DNA of 64,000 nucleotides, from assembly GCA_048128005.1 (NCBI GenBank), contig JBEUKZ010000025.1, positions 124,001 to 188,000 on the forward strand. The letters are read 5' to 3'. This DNA is from Veleropilina oligotropha. Taxonomy: Eukaryota. Below the pieces are notes generated by a model that saw nothing but the letters and a program-made list of their open reading frames with translations, searched no databases and was not told where the DNA came from. The position numbers and the translations under genes are program-made. Below, in pieces: positions 35,007 through 49,995 of this stretch. Positions within the stretch are counted from its first letter, which is position 1, and each line of letters opens with the position of its first letter.

Positions 35007-38000
35007 GAAAGCGCACAGGAGTTAAAACTAATTTGTTGGAACATTCATGGTCTTGGCAATAAGATACCAGATGTACGTTTTCAAGATATAATATCACATT
35101 ATGATATATTAATGTTTACAGAAACATGGTTAAGCAATAACAATAACTTGGATATTAACGATTTTGACGGATTTTATGTCAATCGCACACGTACGATCAA
35201 ACGAAGGGGTAGAAATAGCGGAGGGGTTGCTATCTACTTTAGATCAAAATTAAGAAATGGAATTTCCCTGGTAAAAACCAACCAACAAGGCATTATGTGG
35301 ATAAAGCTTAACAAGGATTTTTTCAAATTCAATGACGATGTTTTTATGTCTATAGTTTATGTCCCCCCAATCAGTTCAAGTTATTATAGCAACGTTGATA
35401 AAAATTGTTTATTTGATTCTCTTGAAAACGACATTAACTTCTACAAGCAATCTGGCATTGTTATGGTTTGCGGCGATTTCAACTCTAGAATTGGCAATCA
35501 TATTGAATTTATCTGTAATGATAATACCAATTTCACAGATTTAAACATTTTCGACGATGAAAATATACAAAAAAAGAGTATCACAGGACCAGGTAATTAA
35601 CAATTTCGGCCATAGACTCCTCCAATTATGTTCAAATACGGGACTGTTGATTGCCAACGGTAGAGTTGACGCTGATTGCGAAAAGGGAAACTTCACATGT
35701 TTCACACCTTCTGGCTGTAGTGTCGTCGACTATTTATTAGTTACACAAAGTCACCTGAACGAGCTCAAGACGTTTCGCATTGTTGAACCCACCGAGTTGT
35801 CCGATCATGCATGCCTTGAATTTTCGTTCACAACACACAATATAATAGCCCACCCACCCAAAATAGATAGACCATCGAAAATATCCTATCTCAGATGGGA
35901 CAATGCAAATGTTGTCCAGTACAAATCATTAATTAGCGATAAGATGCCTATGTTCCATGATATCATTGACAGTATAGGTGAATTAGACAGAAGCATAGAT
36001 GATGCAATAGAATCGCTATCCGACTATATCTACAAAATTGGTTATTGTCTATTTGGTCATGTAAAAGTAATGTCATCTAGCAGAACTAAAAAATCAAATC
36101 CTTGGTTCGATGTCAATTGCCTCTCAAATAAAACCGAATTCAAAAAAGCAAGAAATCAATATATACGATCTCGAACGGAAACGAATCGAGTAAAAAAATT
36201 TTCTGCTAGAACACAATACTCAAAAGCCAAAAAGATTGCAATTCGCAAATATAAAAACAAGAGAGGTTACGAACTTAGCAACATTGCTAAGCTCGGACCC
36301 AAACGTTTCTGGAATAATGTTAAGAAAGGTACTAGTAAACAAACGAAATCCACGAATGTACCCGATAATGAACAGTTCAAGACATATTATCAAGGTCTAT
36401 TTGGAAACATGCCTCGTGATTTACCGGCCGAGACACAAAATATAATTGACGAAGCGAATGAAACCTCATCGAATTGCAATATATCTGTTGAAAGCTTGGA
36501 TCAACCGATAAGCGTAAATGAAATCATGACATATGTGCGTCATCTGAAACGGGGTAAAGGGTCTGGCGTAGACCAACTTATTTCAGATATGTTTATGGAC
36601 GCAATTGAGATACTTACACCCTTGTTGCAGAAGCTATTTACACTCATGCTTACTGAAAGTATATTTCCCAAAGCCTGGTCGACAGGTATTATTGTACCTA
36701 TACCGAAAAGGGGAGATTTATCCAATCCAGAAAATTACCGCGCTATATGCATATCTAGCATTTTTGCCAAGATATTTTCAGGGATCATTAATAGAAGATT
36801 GACCATATGGGCTGAAATAAATGATAAACTCAACGACAATCAATTTGGATTTAGATCTGGGCGGAGCACAATCGACTGTATTTTCATATTAAGTAACCTA
36901 ATATCGACCACAATATGTAAAAAACAAGAACTATATTGTGCATTCGTGGATTTCCAAAAAGCTTTCGATAAGGTAAATAGACATATCCTATACTATAAAC
37001 TTTGGAATTCGGGGGTCAGTACAAAAATTGTGAAATTAATTAGAAAAATGTATGATCAAGTTGAAGTTTGTATTAAGCACGATAATACCATATCATCTTC
37101 CTTTAATACATTTCAGGGAGTAAAGCAAGGGGAACCTCTATCACCTCTTCTCTTTTTGTTCTTTATCAACGATTTCATGCTAAACTATGTACCAATCAAT
37201 GGTGATCACTTGATTACTATAGAAGAACTAGTGATCTTTTATTTACTATTTGCTGACGATGCTGTTTTAATTGCAAAGACAAAACATGAATTACAAAACC
37301 AACTTGATCACTTAATACAATATTGTACCAAATGGGACATAACAGTCAACATAAACAAAACAAAGGTTGTGATATTCACCAAAAAGAGACGACTTATCAA
37401 CTTCCAATTTACATACGGCACAACGACACTCGAAACTGTTGACTCAGTAACATACCTTGGTATGTTGTTTCACAAGAGTGGTGCCTTTAATTTGTCTCAA
37501 AAACGCCAAGCTCGGCAAGGGGAGATTGCATATTGCAGACTCAAACAGATTTTGAATACTTATTCATATACTATTGCGACTCAATGTAATTTGTTCGACT
37601 CACTAGTTACCCCAGTATTGAACTATGCAGCGGAAGTTTGGGGATTCCGTGTATCATCGGATGTCGAAAAAATACATATTAAATTTTGTAGATATATATT
37701 AAAATGCAACCAAAGGACTCCAAATTGCTTCTTATATGGAGAATTGGACAGATGGCCTTCAAGAATAACTCGAAAAAAAAACAGATATTAAAGTTCTGGT
37801 TAAAAATTATCGGTGATGAAAACAGTTTACTCTACAAAGTATATAACGTCGTAAGAACCGCATGCGAAAACAATAGCACAAAAAACTGGGCGTCACAAGT
37901 GCGTGACTTATTATTCGAATTGGGTTTTAATCATTATTGGTACGAACAAGACACTGTCCAGCCTTCTTTAATGCCGCTCATACAAAGATTGCACGACCAA

Positions 38001-38330
38001 TCAATACAATATTGGCACGATTCCATAAATTCTACACCAAAATTAAGATTATATTCGATGTATAAAACAGATAAAAAGCTCGAAAAATACTTATCCATTC
38101 AAAATTATCAAACTAGAAAACTAATATGTCAATTTAGGAGTAGTACATGTAAAATTAGAATTGAAGATATAGAGAACTAAGAATAAAATATTTTAAAAAA
38201 TATTACACAAGATGGCCATCTATCAAAAAATTTAAAAATATTATGTCATCTGATTCCATTAAAATACTTTCTAATCTTGGACTATTTCTCAAACATGCAC
38301 TAGATAAACGCAGTTCTTATAATACTTAAA
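35007..38330 (+). pseudogene. RTE-X-like LINE ORF2 (APE endonuclease and RT), frameshifts near 35575 and 37775
   Basis: WNIHG, TETW, GDFN, SVVDY, SDH; QFGFR, DFQKAFD, GVKQG, FADD. Confidence 0.9.
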
Positions 38331-38409
38331 TTTAACGTTTAGTATGTTTTAATTGTAAAAAAAAAATATATAATTATGTATACCTTACTAATGCGTATTA
38401 CTGACTTGT

Positions 38410-38575
38410 GTACGTTCAAGAACTTGTATACTATGTTACATATATGTACAAATATTTTATCATGCATCTCTTATTTGTATTCTTAGCTCATTACGGTACG
38501 TTCAAGAACTTGTATACTATGTTACATAGATGTACAAATATTTTATCATGCATCTCTTATTTGTATTCTTAGCTC
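38410..38575. repeat. 86-bp-period tandem duplication in LINE 3' UTR
   Basis: gtacgttcaagaacttgtatac...cttagctc at 38410 and 38496. Confidence 0.9.
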
Positions 38576-38816
38576 CTTAGGGTAGCAACTGGCTACATAT
38601 ATATCATGACTTAACACTTGTATGCCTCGTATAAATGTATAAATGTTCAGCTAAAAACATGTAAATGTTTACAGCACATTGAAATAAATAAATATATATA
38701 TATATATAATTTTATCATTAGGTAAGTATGCCTAATTTCCTTAATTACAAGGTGTGATAATTACCTGCCTGACTATTGGCACGTCTGACAATTGGGAGAT
38801 AACCGGTAGAATTCGA

Positions 38817-40389
38817 GGGATACGGACAAAATCCCCTTAGGACAAAATCCCCTAGGACAAAAGCCCACTGGTAATTAGCCCCTTTGGACAAAATCCCCTT
38901 AGGACAAAATCCCCTTAGGATAAAAGCCCCTTAGGACAAAATCCCCTTGTTATATTTAAAACTTTTTAGTGTACATAATCCCTTCATAGCATAATTTACT
39001 ACCACCTGTATTGCTAGTAATGATCTCCATGATGTACAGCATGTAACTGTCTTAACTGTGGAAATTTTGCATTATTTATATGATTGCAGCCTTCCATTAC
39101 TGAGAAGTGCTCACTCATACATAATCTTCCATATGATTATGGCGGCCAGTGGTTATAATCCTATCATTGTTACATATGATCAGATATCAGTGATTTATCG
39201 TTATAATTGTAATATTATACCAAAATCCTGGGATCAATATGATTAGAGGCCAGTTGTTATAATCTTTTCATTGACAAATTTGATCCTGGAATAATCTGGT
39301 GTTAATTATTCATTAATTTTGCATTAATATATTTTAGTACCGGTGTAACAGCTTCGAGTATACCCCCTGCCCGGACTATAACCCGGGGTTAGAGTGGACT
39401 AGCTCAGAATATACTTGGGTATATTCTGAGCTAGTCCACTTTATACCCCGGAGTGTTATACAGGCTAGCCTGTTACATACCTCCCCAGGCCAGAATATAC
39501 CATCTAGAATCAGAGATTTTACGACCACTTTCAGAGTATTTCACTGATATCGCAGTCGGAATCCACGGTTTAACATCTCTATCAGATCAGACGAGCAATT
39601 GTGGCTTATGTCCTTGCCCAAAGAAAACGTCGATACGGGGTTCGAACGCAGTACTGTGCACATCAGAAAATGACACAATAATGACTTACCGATAAACGTA
39701 TTTCACCGATATCGCAGTCCAGATCTACAGATTAGCATCGTCGAATTTTTCAGCAGACGTTTCGTCGAATGACCGTTTCGTCGAACCGTTTCGTCGAATA
39801 AAAAAATCAATAAAGGAACTTTAAAAGACGCGCAAACTACTAAAACCTCCATGTCTTATATATTTGCCCATGACGCGGCTTCAAGCCCTGATCGGGCATT
39901 CATTTGTATTACTATAATTTAGGCAAGACTTATAGGGAAGGATGCGCCAATAAGTTACAATTCATATTCGACGAAACGTCTACAAACGTTGACTATACAT
40001 GGATTGATAAAAGCGTGACTGATCCTGATCTTCTATGTTGCAGGGACAAGTTATTTTTTTAATTATTATTTGGAAATACAGACTAATTTATTAAAAACAC
40101 AAGTAGGTATTATTTGGACTAGGGGGGTAACAAGGCCAAACAATATCCCGGGGTATAAACCAGTCTGTGTTATTTTCAACCCCGGGGTACAGTTTGGCCC
40201 AGACCAGACTCTACCCGGGTATAGATTGATGGAAGGTGAATATAGCCTATTACACCGGTACATAATATTTGCATATACATGTACAAATACAGACTCATAT
40301 ACATTACATATATTTTCATCAAGGGGATTTTGTCCGAGTCGCCAAAACTCTTAAGGGGCTTTTGTCCTAGGGGATTTTGTCCTACACCC
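38817..40389. mobile_element. Non-autonomous MULE-like element
   Basis: Inverted arrays of ggacaaaatcccct; 9-bp TSD agaattcga / agcattcga. Confidence 0.7.
39340..40258. mobile_element. Nested TA-flanked TIR element
   Basis: ta|ccggtgtaa ... ttacaccgg|ta; internal ccccgggg motifs. Confidence 0.55.
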
Positions 40390-40399
40390 AGCATTCGAA

Positions 40400-40860
40400 T
40401 CAAAACATAATCCGGATGCAGTGCGAAAGGGCCTTACTTAGTGCGTCTCTGTTATCGTCTCCAGAAAATTCAGTATTATCACTAGAAAGCGATTCAATCA
40501 ACACATTTTCCACATCTTCATCATTGAATACATTATCTGCGTGTAAAATATGCTTAAAATGAGCGGATAATTCCTCCAAGCTTAGACTAGTTCTTGGATA
40601 TTTATTCTTCCTTTTTATACTTGACCAAAACTTTTTAGTATGGTGCTTGACGTTTAACAGCATGTTTTCTTTTTCCTTATTGTAATAAGATCGCTTAGCA
40701 TTCCTTTTACTTACATTATATAAATTGCGCGCCAATAGCATGTCTTTTGGGGTAATTTCAGAAGGAAATTTGCTAAACATATTACATTTTCCATTAAACC
40801 ACGGAGATGTTTTGATGCACGGTATACTAATGGGATTAATATCCATACCGAACGCTTTGT
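40400..40860 (-). pseudogene. LINE ORF2 linker fragment
   Basis: SPWFNGKC..ARNLY..KKFWSSIK, similar to 36.1-36.4 kb. Confidence 0.55.
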
Positions 40861-40861
40861 C

Positions 40862-43800
40862 GGCACAATTGTGAACAATGTCAGTTATATCAGTTATTGC
40901 AATGACGACCTTGCAATCACGAGCCATAGAAGTTGGGGATTGATGCCGAATTTGCAACGAACGGCAAGTTCCAACGTGTGCACCGAATCGGTAAGAAAGC
41001 ACCACACAGCAACAATACGAGATCAAGACCTCTCATTGCGGGCTTTGTTTTCTATCAGGAGAGAGAATATGTGAGATCTCATGGAAGGCAGCTCGCTAAC
41101 AAACCATTCAGCGTCAACGAGGACTTCCCTAAAGAAATTCGCGATGCGCGACAAAAACTGGTCCCCCAGCTCAAGGAGCTAAAGCGTGACGGTAACCGTG
41201 CCGCAATTGTATATCTGTCGAAACTGACCTGTAACGGACGACTGGTCCGTGAAGTCACAATGTCAAACCGACCAACAGAATAGGACAGATCACCAGGGAC
41301 TTGCAGATTGCGAATAGGAACTTGGAACATTAATGGTGGTTTCATATATAAGTTAGAAAATTAGAAAATCCTGAATTTAAAAATATACTGTATCAACATG
41401 ATATATTATGCTTAAATGAAACGGTCAAATCATCTTCACAATAATTACAATATTCACGATTATGTTCATTATACTTCTTGTCGTAAAAAAAAATAAAAAG
41501 CCAAGAGGCATTCAGGAGGTCTGGAAATTTACGTAAAAGAAACCATTAGTAGAGGAGTGGAATTAATAAAAAATGCCCACCAAGATATATTGTGGTTAAA
41601 ATTGCATGGTAACATTTTTGGTTTTGATAATGATGTATATGTTTGTTGTTTGTACATATCACCTAATGGGTCACCTTTCTGTGAAATCGATAATCTATTT
41701 AAACTGTTGGAAAATGATATACTGTAGCATTGTATAGTGACAAAGGAGATGTGTTAATATTGGGCGATTTCAATGCTAGGACTTCGAACAAGGCAGATTT
41801 TTCTGAATTTGCGACACTAATCGACAATTCTTTTCTAAATGAAGATATTTCAGATGTAATTAGCGACAATGAATTACTGTTACTATCAGACCATCCACTA
41901 GTAACATCGTCAAAAGATGGCAATTTAAATGACCATGGCAGAAAGTTACTTGAACTCTGTAAAATCACTAGGTTAAGAATTGTGAATGGTCGTGTCGGAA
42001 ACGACAACGGTATAGGGAACTACACATCCTGTAATAGACGGGGAGCAAGTCTAATAGATTATATTCTTAGCTCAGCTTATTTGTTGAGATATTTTACCGA
42101 CCTTGACATCACACCATTAGCATTGTCAGACCATTATATAGTTTATGTAACCATGTATGGTCATCTACAGCCGATTGATGTTATAGAAAATTGCAATGAT
42201 CGTTTTCATATGAAATGGCTACCTGCAAAGTGCAATGACTATATATCCAGACTTAACAGAGACGATATATTAAATGTATTAAATGAAGTCATTAGTAATC
42301 TCGATAGAGGATGTGTAACCTGGGACTATTATACTAGAGGGACTGGCAGCTTTAAAGATCGCGCTGAAATCACGTACTCGGCGCTAAAATGCGAGAGTTC
42401 GCTCGAAATCTAATAAGCAAAGCAACAACCTGCTAATTGAATCCCATATAAAATATTCGCTACTATTTGTCAGACATATGTATACATATAAATAGATATT
42501 ATATATATTGTAGATTGTGCATATGTACTTATATCGTTAAAATTATGTAAAAAAAGCAGAGATAATTGTTATGATATTGTATGTTCTCGGTTATTTACGA
42601 AAATCCAAATTGTCGTCGATAAGAAAGCTTTTGGATTGAAAAACAGTACATTTTGCAACTTCTTCTCCTCGTCAGCTGTTACATTTTACTTTTGGATATC
42701 TGTCTTACCATTGTATTTATATGCTATTGCTTGGACTCTTCTATTGAAAAGCGAAATGTGACGAAGATTTATAACCTTTATTAGCATTTAAAAATGACGA
42801 TTTTACCTAAATGTGACCAGCGTTAATATTTTCACATTGTAAAGTACTCAATTTTGCAACTTCTTCTCCTCGTTAGCTGTTATATTTTACTTTTTGATAT
42901 TTGCACCATCGGTTCATTTGCATTCGATTTCTTGTACTCATCTATTGTGTAGTGAAATGTAACGAAGATTTATAGCATATATTTGCAATTTAAAATGACC
43001 AATTTTCCTAAATATTATCAAGCGTTGATATTCAATTTGTGATGGTTTTCTCTTCTTTATTTGTTGCATTTTATCTTTGAATATATTCACCTTTTTCTAA
43101 TTTACACTCGATTACATCGACTCGACTATTGTACAGGGAAATACAACGAAGATTTAATTCATATATTTGCGTCTTAAAATGGTTTATTTATCAACGATGT
43201 CTATCTGATATAGTGGTCCATTTCAAGAATACTTCATTACAATGCCAACTTCAAGTGGTCCCCATTGTTATTGCGCAGACAAAATACTGACCGCTTATAC
43301 ATTATATCAACATGCAAATCAAAACATATTATGAAAAGAAATTATTGGATAGCTTTACATTTAAACTAATTGTCTCTATTGAAGATAATCGTGTTTTGAT
43401 AATCAATAGAATAGTAGCTGGGGTCATTTAAATGGTTCCGATTCAGTAAAAATAGATAAATGCATAAGCAATGATTTCGTTTTGAAATGGTCAATCAGTT
43501 TATCTAGCAACTAGCCGCGATTAACATTGATCCCTTTCAATATAGGTTGCATTAAATTTCATTTCCAATTAATAATTATGCAGTTTCTTTAGTTTGAATG
43601 CCGTCCAAATTAAAACAAATCCAAAAAATAAATTCGCAATCGTCTGATGTGTTATTGTAATTGCGTGTTTAATAGATATTTTGTGAATTAAACCGTTATA
43701 ATCAACCGCATTTATCCCAATTGGGGATTAAATATTATTTTCACAAAGCCGAAAGTCGCGAGAGTCTCTACGCACATGCGCAGTGCGGTAATTACGAGAA

Positions 43801-46438
43801 CAATAGCGAGTACCACATTATTGACGGCGAGTCGGCTAATTGGTCAGAGCTTCCAGTCCCTCTAATAGTAGTCCCAGGTGTAACTAAAAATGTAATCGAC
43901 GAAAGCGTTGCATTAATAACAGATGCAATCCATAAAACATCTGATGAATTATTTCTCAAAAGAGTCAGAAACCCTAATTGTGATAATAGTAAACTACATA
44001 GCTGGTATGATGATGAATTTAAACGGGCCCATGGTAATTTCAAAGAGGCAGAAATAAAGTTTCACGTAAACGCAACCGAAACTAATAGACAAAACTATGT
44101 CACCGCAAGAAATATATACCGTGCACTTTGCAGAGAGAAAAGTAGCGATTTTAGTAACTATGAATGTGATCAACTTATTAAATTGTGTAAAACCGACTTA
44201 AGGCCGTTCTGGAGGAAACTGAAATTAAAAAGAAAAAAAGAGAATAGAGCGCCAAATTGTAATTTTAACGAATACTTTAATAATCTAATGAACCCAGAAA
44301 TAAGACCTCCGTTGGATGAGGGTATTAAACATGAATCGGCAAATATAAATTGGGAAGCTATGGATTTAGAAGTGGAAGAATTGAATAAAGAAATCTCTAC
44401 TGAAGAGATCAATAGAGCAATAAATAATCTTAAAAGAAATAAATCAAGCGGATATGATCAGATACTAAATGAATCAATGTTATCTTTAATTCTATATATG
44501 ATTCGGGTTTATTTCCAACAGAGTGGAAAAAAGGTATAATCATACCTATACATAAAAAGGGAAATATTGACGAAGCGGATAACTACAGGGGGATTACCCT
44601 ACTATGTTGATTTGGGAAATTGTTTACAATTGTTCTCAATAATAGACTATGTAATTGGACTGAGAAGAATAAAATATATAATGAAGTACAATTGGATTTA
44701 GATCAGACCATCCTACTACTGATTGTACATTTATACTAAAGGGTTTAATAGATATAATGTTTAGCAAGAACAAACAACTTTATTGTCTTTTTGTAGACTT
44801 TAAAAAGGCTTTTGACTATATAGACCGTGATGTATTATGGTACAAGCTCCTGAAAGAAGGCTTTAGTACAAAGTGTATTAAACTTCATAAAAGTATGTAT
44901 TCTGATAATAGTGAATTTGAGTTTTTCAAGTGGTGTTTGGGAGTACGGCAGGGTGAAAGCCTCTCCCCATTGTTATTTGCCGTGTTTGTAAATGACATTG
45001 AAAAGGCTTTAATGGAAGTTGATTCCATGGGAGTCAACTTACATTTGTACTTGAAATTATTTGTTATACTATTCGCAGACGATACGGCGATGTTCGCTGA
45101 AAACTGCAAAGGTTAACAGAATGGCATACGTATTATGTTTGGAATCTTATGGTCATAGAAATGGTTTAACTGTGAATGTAGAAAAAACAAAAGCAATTGT
45201 GTTCAGGAAAGGAGGAAGACTTGCGAAAGACGACAAATTATATTATAATGGCAACGAAATTGAATTTGTCAATACATTCAAATATCTTGGAACTGTTTTT
45301 GCTTCAAATGGGAAATTTAATAAAACGCAAAAAGCATTATCAGAACAAGCCTCCAGGGCCGTTTTCGGTATAAAACAATATTTTATAGATTATCCCACTA
45401 TGAACATAACAACAAAATTGTCAATTTTCCATACAGTTGTTATTCCAATCTTGAATTACAATTGCGAATTGTGGGGCTTTAACAAAGGCATAGATGTGGA
45501 AAGGGTACGTCTAAAATTTTATAAAGAATTACTTTGTGTTAAGTCAAACACTCCAAGTAATCTGATATACGGAGAACTTGGAGTATGTAACCTCCAAATC
45601 GCAAGATATGTTAGAATACTTAAGTACTGGTTTAAATTATTGTTATCAAACGAAAATAAATGTATATGTATAATGTATGAAAAACTAGTCCAGATGCTGC
45701 GTGAAAATCCTCATGCAACAACAACATGGGTGTCAAATCTAAGAAATATGCTATATGAATACGGATTTGGATACATATGGGAAGAGCAAGGTGCTTGGGA
45801 CGTTAATGCGTTTTTACGTGAAATTAAGACAAGGTTAATGGATATCTTCATTCAAAATTGGAGAAATAATATGGAAAATTCTGCAAAGGCATACTATTAC
45901 AAACAGTATAAATAATTTAAATATGCGCCATGCATACCTAGATTCTATCAGATGTAATACATACAGGATTGCGCTAACTCGTTTCCGTTTAAGCTCTCAT
46001 TATTTCCTGATTGAGAGGGGTAGATACCAATCAATGAGACTCGAACGCAATCTCAGATTTTGTGAAACATGCGACGTCTTAGAAGATGAATATCATGTAT
46101 TACTTGTATGTTCAAACTATTGCGCTATTAGACAAAGATATCTGACCGACTATTACACTTCCCATCCAACAAAATACAAGTTTCTGCATTTAATGTCAGA
46201 AACTAATCCAGTAATCATATTCAACCTATCTAAATGTGTGCATGAAATTATGAAACGTTACAACGCTTTACATTTTATAGATTAATAATATATTAGTATC
46301 TTCAAATGTATAGCTCTGGTGACTGTTTGTATTTTTTACCATTTCCTTCTCGCTGCCTCGACGTATTTTGTATATATATATATATGTATCACTGCTTGCA
46401 TGGCAAACGGCCTAAATAAACTTACTTACTTACTTACT
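40862..46438 (+). mobile_element. Second RTE-X-like LINE (ORF1 C-terminus, decayed ORF2, (CTTA)n tail), split by a DNA element
   Basis: RVHRIG, WNING, GDFN, SLIDY, SDH, DFKKAFD, FADD, EDEYHVLLVC; aataaacttacttacttac. Confidence 0.88.
42320..43877. mobile_element. Non-autonomous TIR element, 7-bp TSD, copy 1
   Basis: ctgggactattatactagaggg / ccctctaatagtagtcccag; gtgtaac at 42313-42319 and 43878-43884. Confidence 0.88.
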
Positions 46439-47733
46439 GCTTTTATCAATGTTCGAATCAACACTGGACTTGACACTGTCCACATTTTTTCCCATGCAGA
46501 TGTCATAATTAATCAGAACTTTGTACCTTGACACCTTAACTTTGTCACATGACCATTTCAAAATATGTTTTTCTGGATTTCTCTGCACTTCGTTTACAAG
46601 CTTGCATTGAAGTAAAAATTGCATTGGAGCATGATCTGAATGAATGCACAGTAAAATCAAGCACCTCAAAATCTTTAATTAAACAAAAGGTGTTAGGAAA
46701 CGTTAACACGTAGCAGACTTGTGTGACAGGTAAAGTTTCTGATCGATTCATCAACACCCGATCTTCCATTCACGATTCTGCGTTAATAAGATAAGATGGA
46801 TTCAGGAAAGCATAATCTGAGATGACAACCTTACAACCAGCAACTTTCCGGTTTCGCCTGTTTGATTTACGTTTCCCCCCGTCACGGCTAGTTCTATTAA
46901 AATGAAAATTTTCTCATCGAACACTAGACTCAAATATATGAATCCTGTTATAAATAAATTTCTGAAAGAGTCCATAGATGTTGTTATTCCTCTTTTACAA
47001 AAATTCATCGATAAATCGTTGCCTGGGGGACAGGCTTTCTTGATATTGTTTATCCATTGACAAATCCGCCATTACCACCAAGGACAACAAGAAATTAGTC
47101 AGAAAAGTGTGAACAACTTAATTATCATCCAAACAAAGAGCTGTTAATTACGACATCTGCCACAAAGAGCTGTTAATTATGACATCTGCACTTGCAATCA
47201 ACGAAGAAACTGTTGTTCGCTTGACTGAACCGAATCCTCACTTGACGGCATCGCCTCTATTTGTGTACCAGTGTGAAACATCCCTGCTATCGACTGTTCA
47301 TCTACCTAGACACGTCAGACAAACACTTTTCAAATACCATATTTGGCAACCGAAAGAACCGACTACTGTATATGAAATACCTGTAATTAGAAAGACGAAC
47401 AAAACAATTACAAAAAATATGTCAACACCGTTGATAATAACAACCATAACCTCTTAGAAATTAACCTGAATCCACATACAGTCACCAATAACAGCCAATT
47501 GCGCATGATAAATGGCTCTCTTTTGGTGTACTAAACGCACAATCAGCACGTAATAACACTGATCATATACGTGGTATGCTATTATAGAGCATGACATCGC
47601 CATTCTGGCATTGACCGAAACATGGCTTACGTCTAAAGGCCCTGCCGCACAGTAAATCAAGTCGCATACCTCTTGGTTTATAAATCAAGGTTTACCGTGT
47701 GGCATCCCCTAGACTTGGTTTACCGTGTGGCAT

Positions 47734-49247
47734 CTGGGACTATTATACTAGAGGGTCTGGCAACTTTAAAGATCGCGCTGAAATCACATACTCGGCGTTA
47801 ATAGGCGAGAGTTCGCCTGCAATCTAATAAGCATAGCAACAACCTGCTAATTGAATCCCATATAAATTATTCGCTACTATTTGTCAGACATCTCTATGCA
47901 CATAAATAGATATTATATAAATTGTAGATTGCGTGCATGTGCTTATATCGTTAAAATTATGTCAAAAAAGCATATATAAGTGTTATGATATTGTATGTTC
48001 GGGTTATTTACGAAAATCCAAAATTGCGTCGATGAGAAAGTTTTCGAATCGAAAAATAGTACATTTTGCAACTTCTTCTCCTCATCAGCTGCTACATTTT
48101 ACTTTTGAATATCTTGCCCATCATTTTATTTATATCCTATTGCTTCGACTCTTCTATTGTGAAGTGAAATTTGACGAAGATTTATATCGTATAATTGCAA
48201 TTATAAATTACGATTTTTCCTGAATATGTTCAGCGTTAATATTTTCACAGTGTAAAGTGCTCGATTTTGCAACTTCTTCACCTCGCCAGTTGTTACATTA
48301 TACTTTTTGATATTTGCACCATCTTTTTATTTGTGCTTGAACTCATCTACTGCGTAGTGAAATATAACGAAGATTTATAGCACATAATTGCATTTTAAAA
48401 CGACCAATTTTCTTAAATATGTCAAGCGTTGATATTCATTTTGTGATGGACTCTCTTCTATATTTGTTGCATTTTATTATGAAATATTTTCACCTTTTTT
48501 ACAATTTACTCTCCATTACATCGACTCGGCTATTGTACAGGGAAATAAAACGAATATTCAATTAAATTATTTACGTCTTAAAATAGCTTATCAAAGGTGT
48601 CTAACTGGTAACATGGTCCGTTTTAATAATACTTCATTATAGTGCCAACTTTAAGTTGTCCCCATTGTTATTGAGCAGACAAATTACTGACCGCTTGTAC
48701 ATTATAACAGCATGTAAAGCAAAACATAGAATGAAATGCAATTAGTGGTTACCTTTATTGTCTCTATTGAATATAAACGTTTGTTTTGATAACCATTAGA
48801 AAAGTAGTTGGGGCCATTTATATGGTTCCGATTCAGTAATAAAGATAAATTCATAAGAACTTATTTCTATTTTAATTGCCCAATCAATTTATTTAGCGAT
48901 TAACATAGATCTCTTTCAATAATTGGTTGAATTGAATTTTATTTATTATAAATAATTATGCAATATATTTAGTTTGAATACCGTACAAATTAAAATAATG
49001 AAAAAAAAAATTCGTTATCATATGTTGTGTTGATCGAATTTCGTGTTTAATAGGTATTTTGTGAATTCAAACTGTTATAATTTACCGCATTGGTCCTAAT
49101 TGGGGATAAAATAGTCTTGTAAAAAAGCCAAAGCCCACTACGCACATGCGCAGTGCGGTAAACACGAGAACAATAGCGAGTACCACATTATTGACGGTGA
49201 GTCGGCTAATTGGTCAGAGCTTCCAATCCCTCTTATAGTAGTCCCAG
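47734..49247. mobile_element. Non-autonomous TIR element, 7-bp TSD, copy 2
   Basis: Collinear with 42320-43877; gtggcat at 47727-47733 and 49248-49254. Confidence 0.88.
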
Positions 49248-49621
49248 GTGGCATAGCAAGGAACATACTACAAAAGTTTCATATGACAATTTGTATACGA
49301 CTTGGTTTACTGTGTGGCAGGGCCTTAGGCAAAAGATGAGTTCTTTGTTAGCACTTTGTCATTATTCGGATATAATATATACAGAGTCCCGCACAAAGGC
49401 AATCAAGAACATGGTGGCGTTGCAATTCTCCATAAAGCTAACCTTCCGTCAAAACCTGAAATTGTTTCAGTGGATAGTTTTGAACATTGTAAAATCTGTT
49501 TCACTACAGGCTCTCGTTGTCTCAGTGTGATCGTTATGTACAGTCCCCGCCGTCAAATAAGAGCAAAATATCCACTAGAATGTTCTTCGATCAGTTTGGT
49601 ATGTTCTTACAACATTACACT

Positions 49622-49703
49622 GTCCTCGGTAGCTCAACTGGTAGAGCGTCGCAAAAACGATATGTGAGACAGTAGAAGTGGATTCAAAACCCCGCTCTGG
49701 GGT
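49622..49703 (+). mobile_element. tRNA-derived SINE head (degenerate)
   Basis: A box tagctcaactggtagagcg; B-box-like gtggattcaaaaccc. Confidence 0.5.
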
Positions 49704-49995
49704 TGCTATTCTAACGCTTAAAACTAAAAGATGGCATATCCCTAATGTATGTCGGTCAGAATGGAGTGAGACCTTAAACCGGGTGTCTCGACTACGATAC
49801 AGCTGAAAAATTTCTAAAAGTGGTTGCCAACGAACCAATCTTACAAGATTGTCTGTCATGCGCTGGTGATTGGGTCATTGCTGGAGACTTGAACATCCAT
49901 CTAGATAGACCAAGTGAGTCCGACCCAGATCGGTTTCTGACGTGAACTATTCGCAACTTGTGATGTCAGCCACCCATCGATCAGGACATATTATA

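Noticed and set aside
39754..39981. Further nested TIR element (gacgtttcgtcgaat inverted pair)
   Set aside because: Inverted repeat is visible but no TSD found, so not listed as a feature
49622..49703. Functional tRNA gene
   Set aside because: A/B boxes present but no clean cloverleaf; inserted in a LINE, so treated as a SINE head
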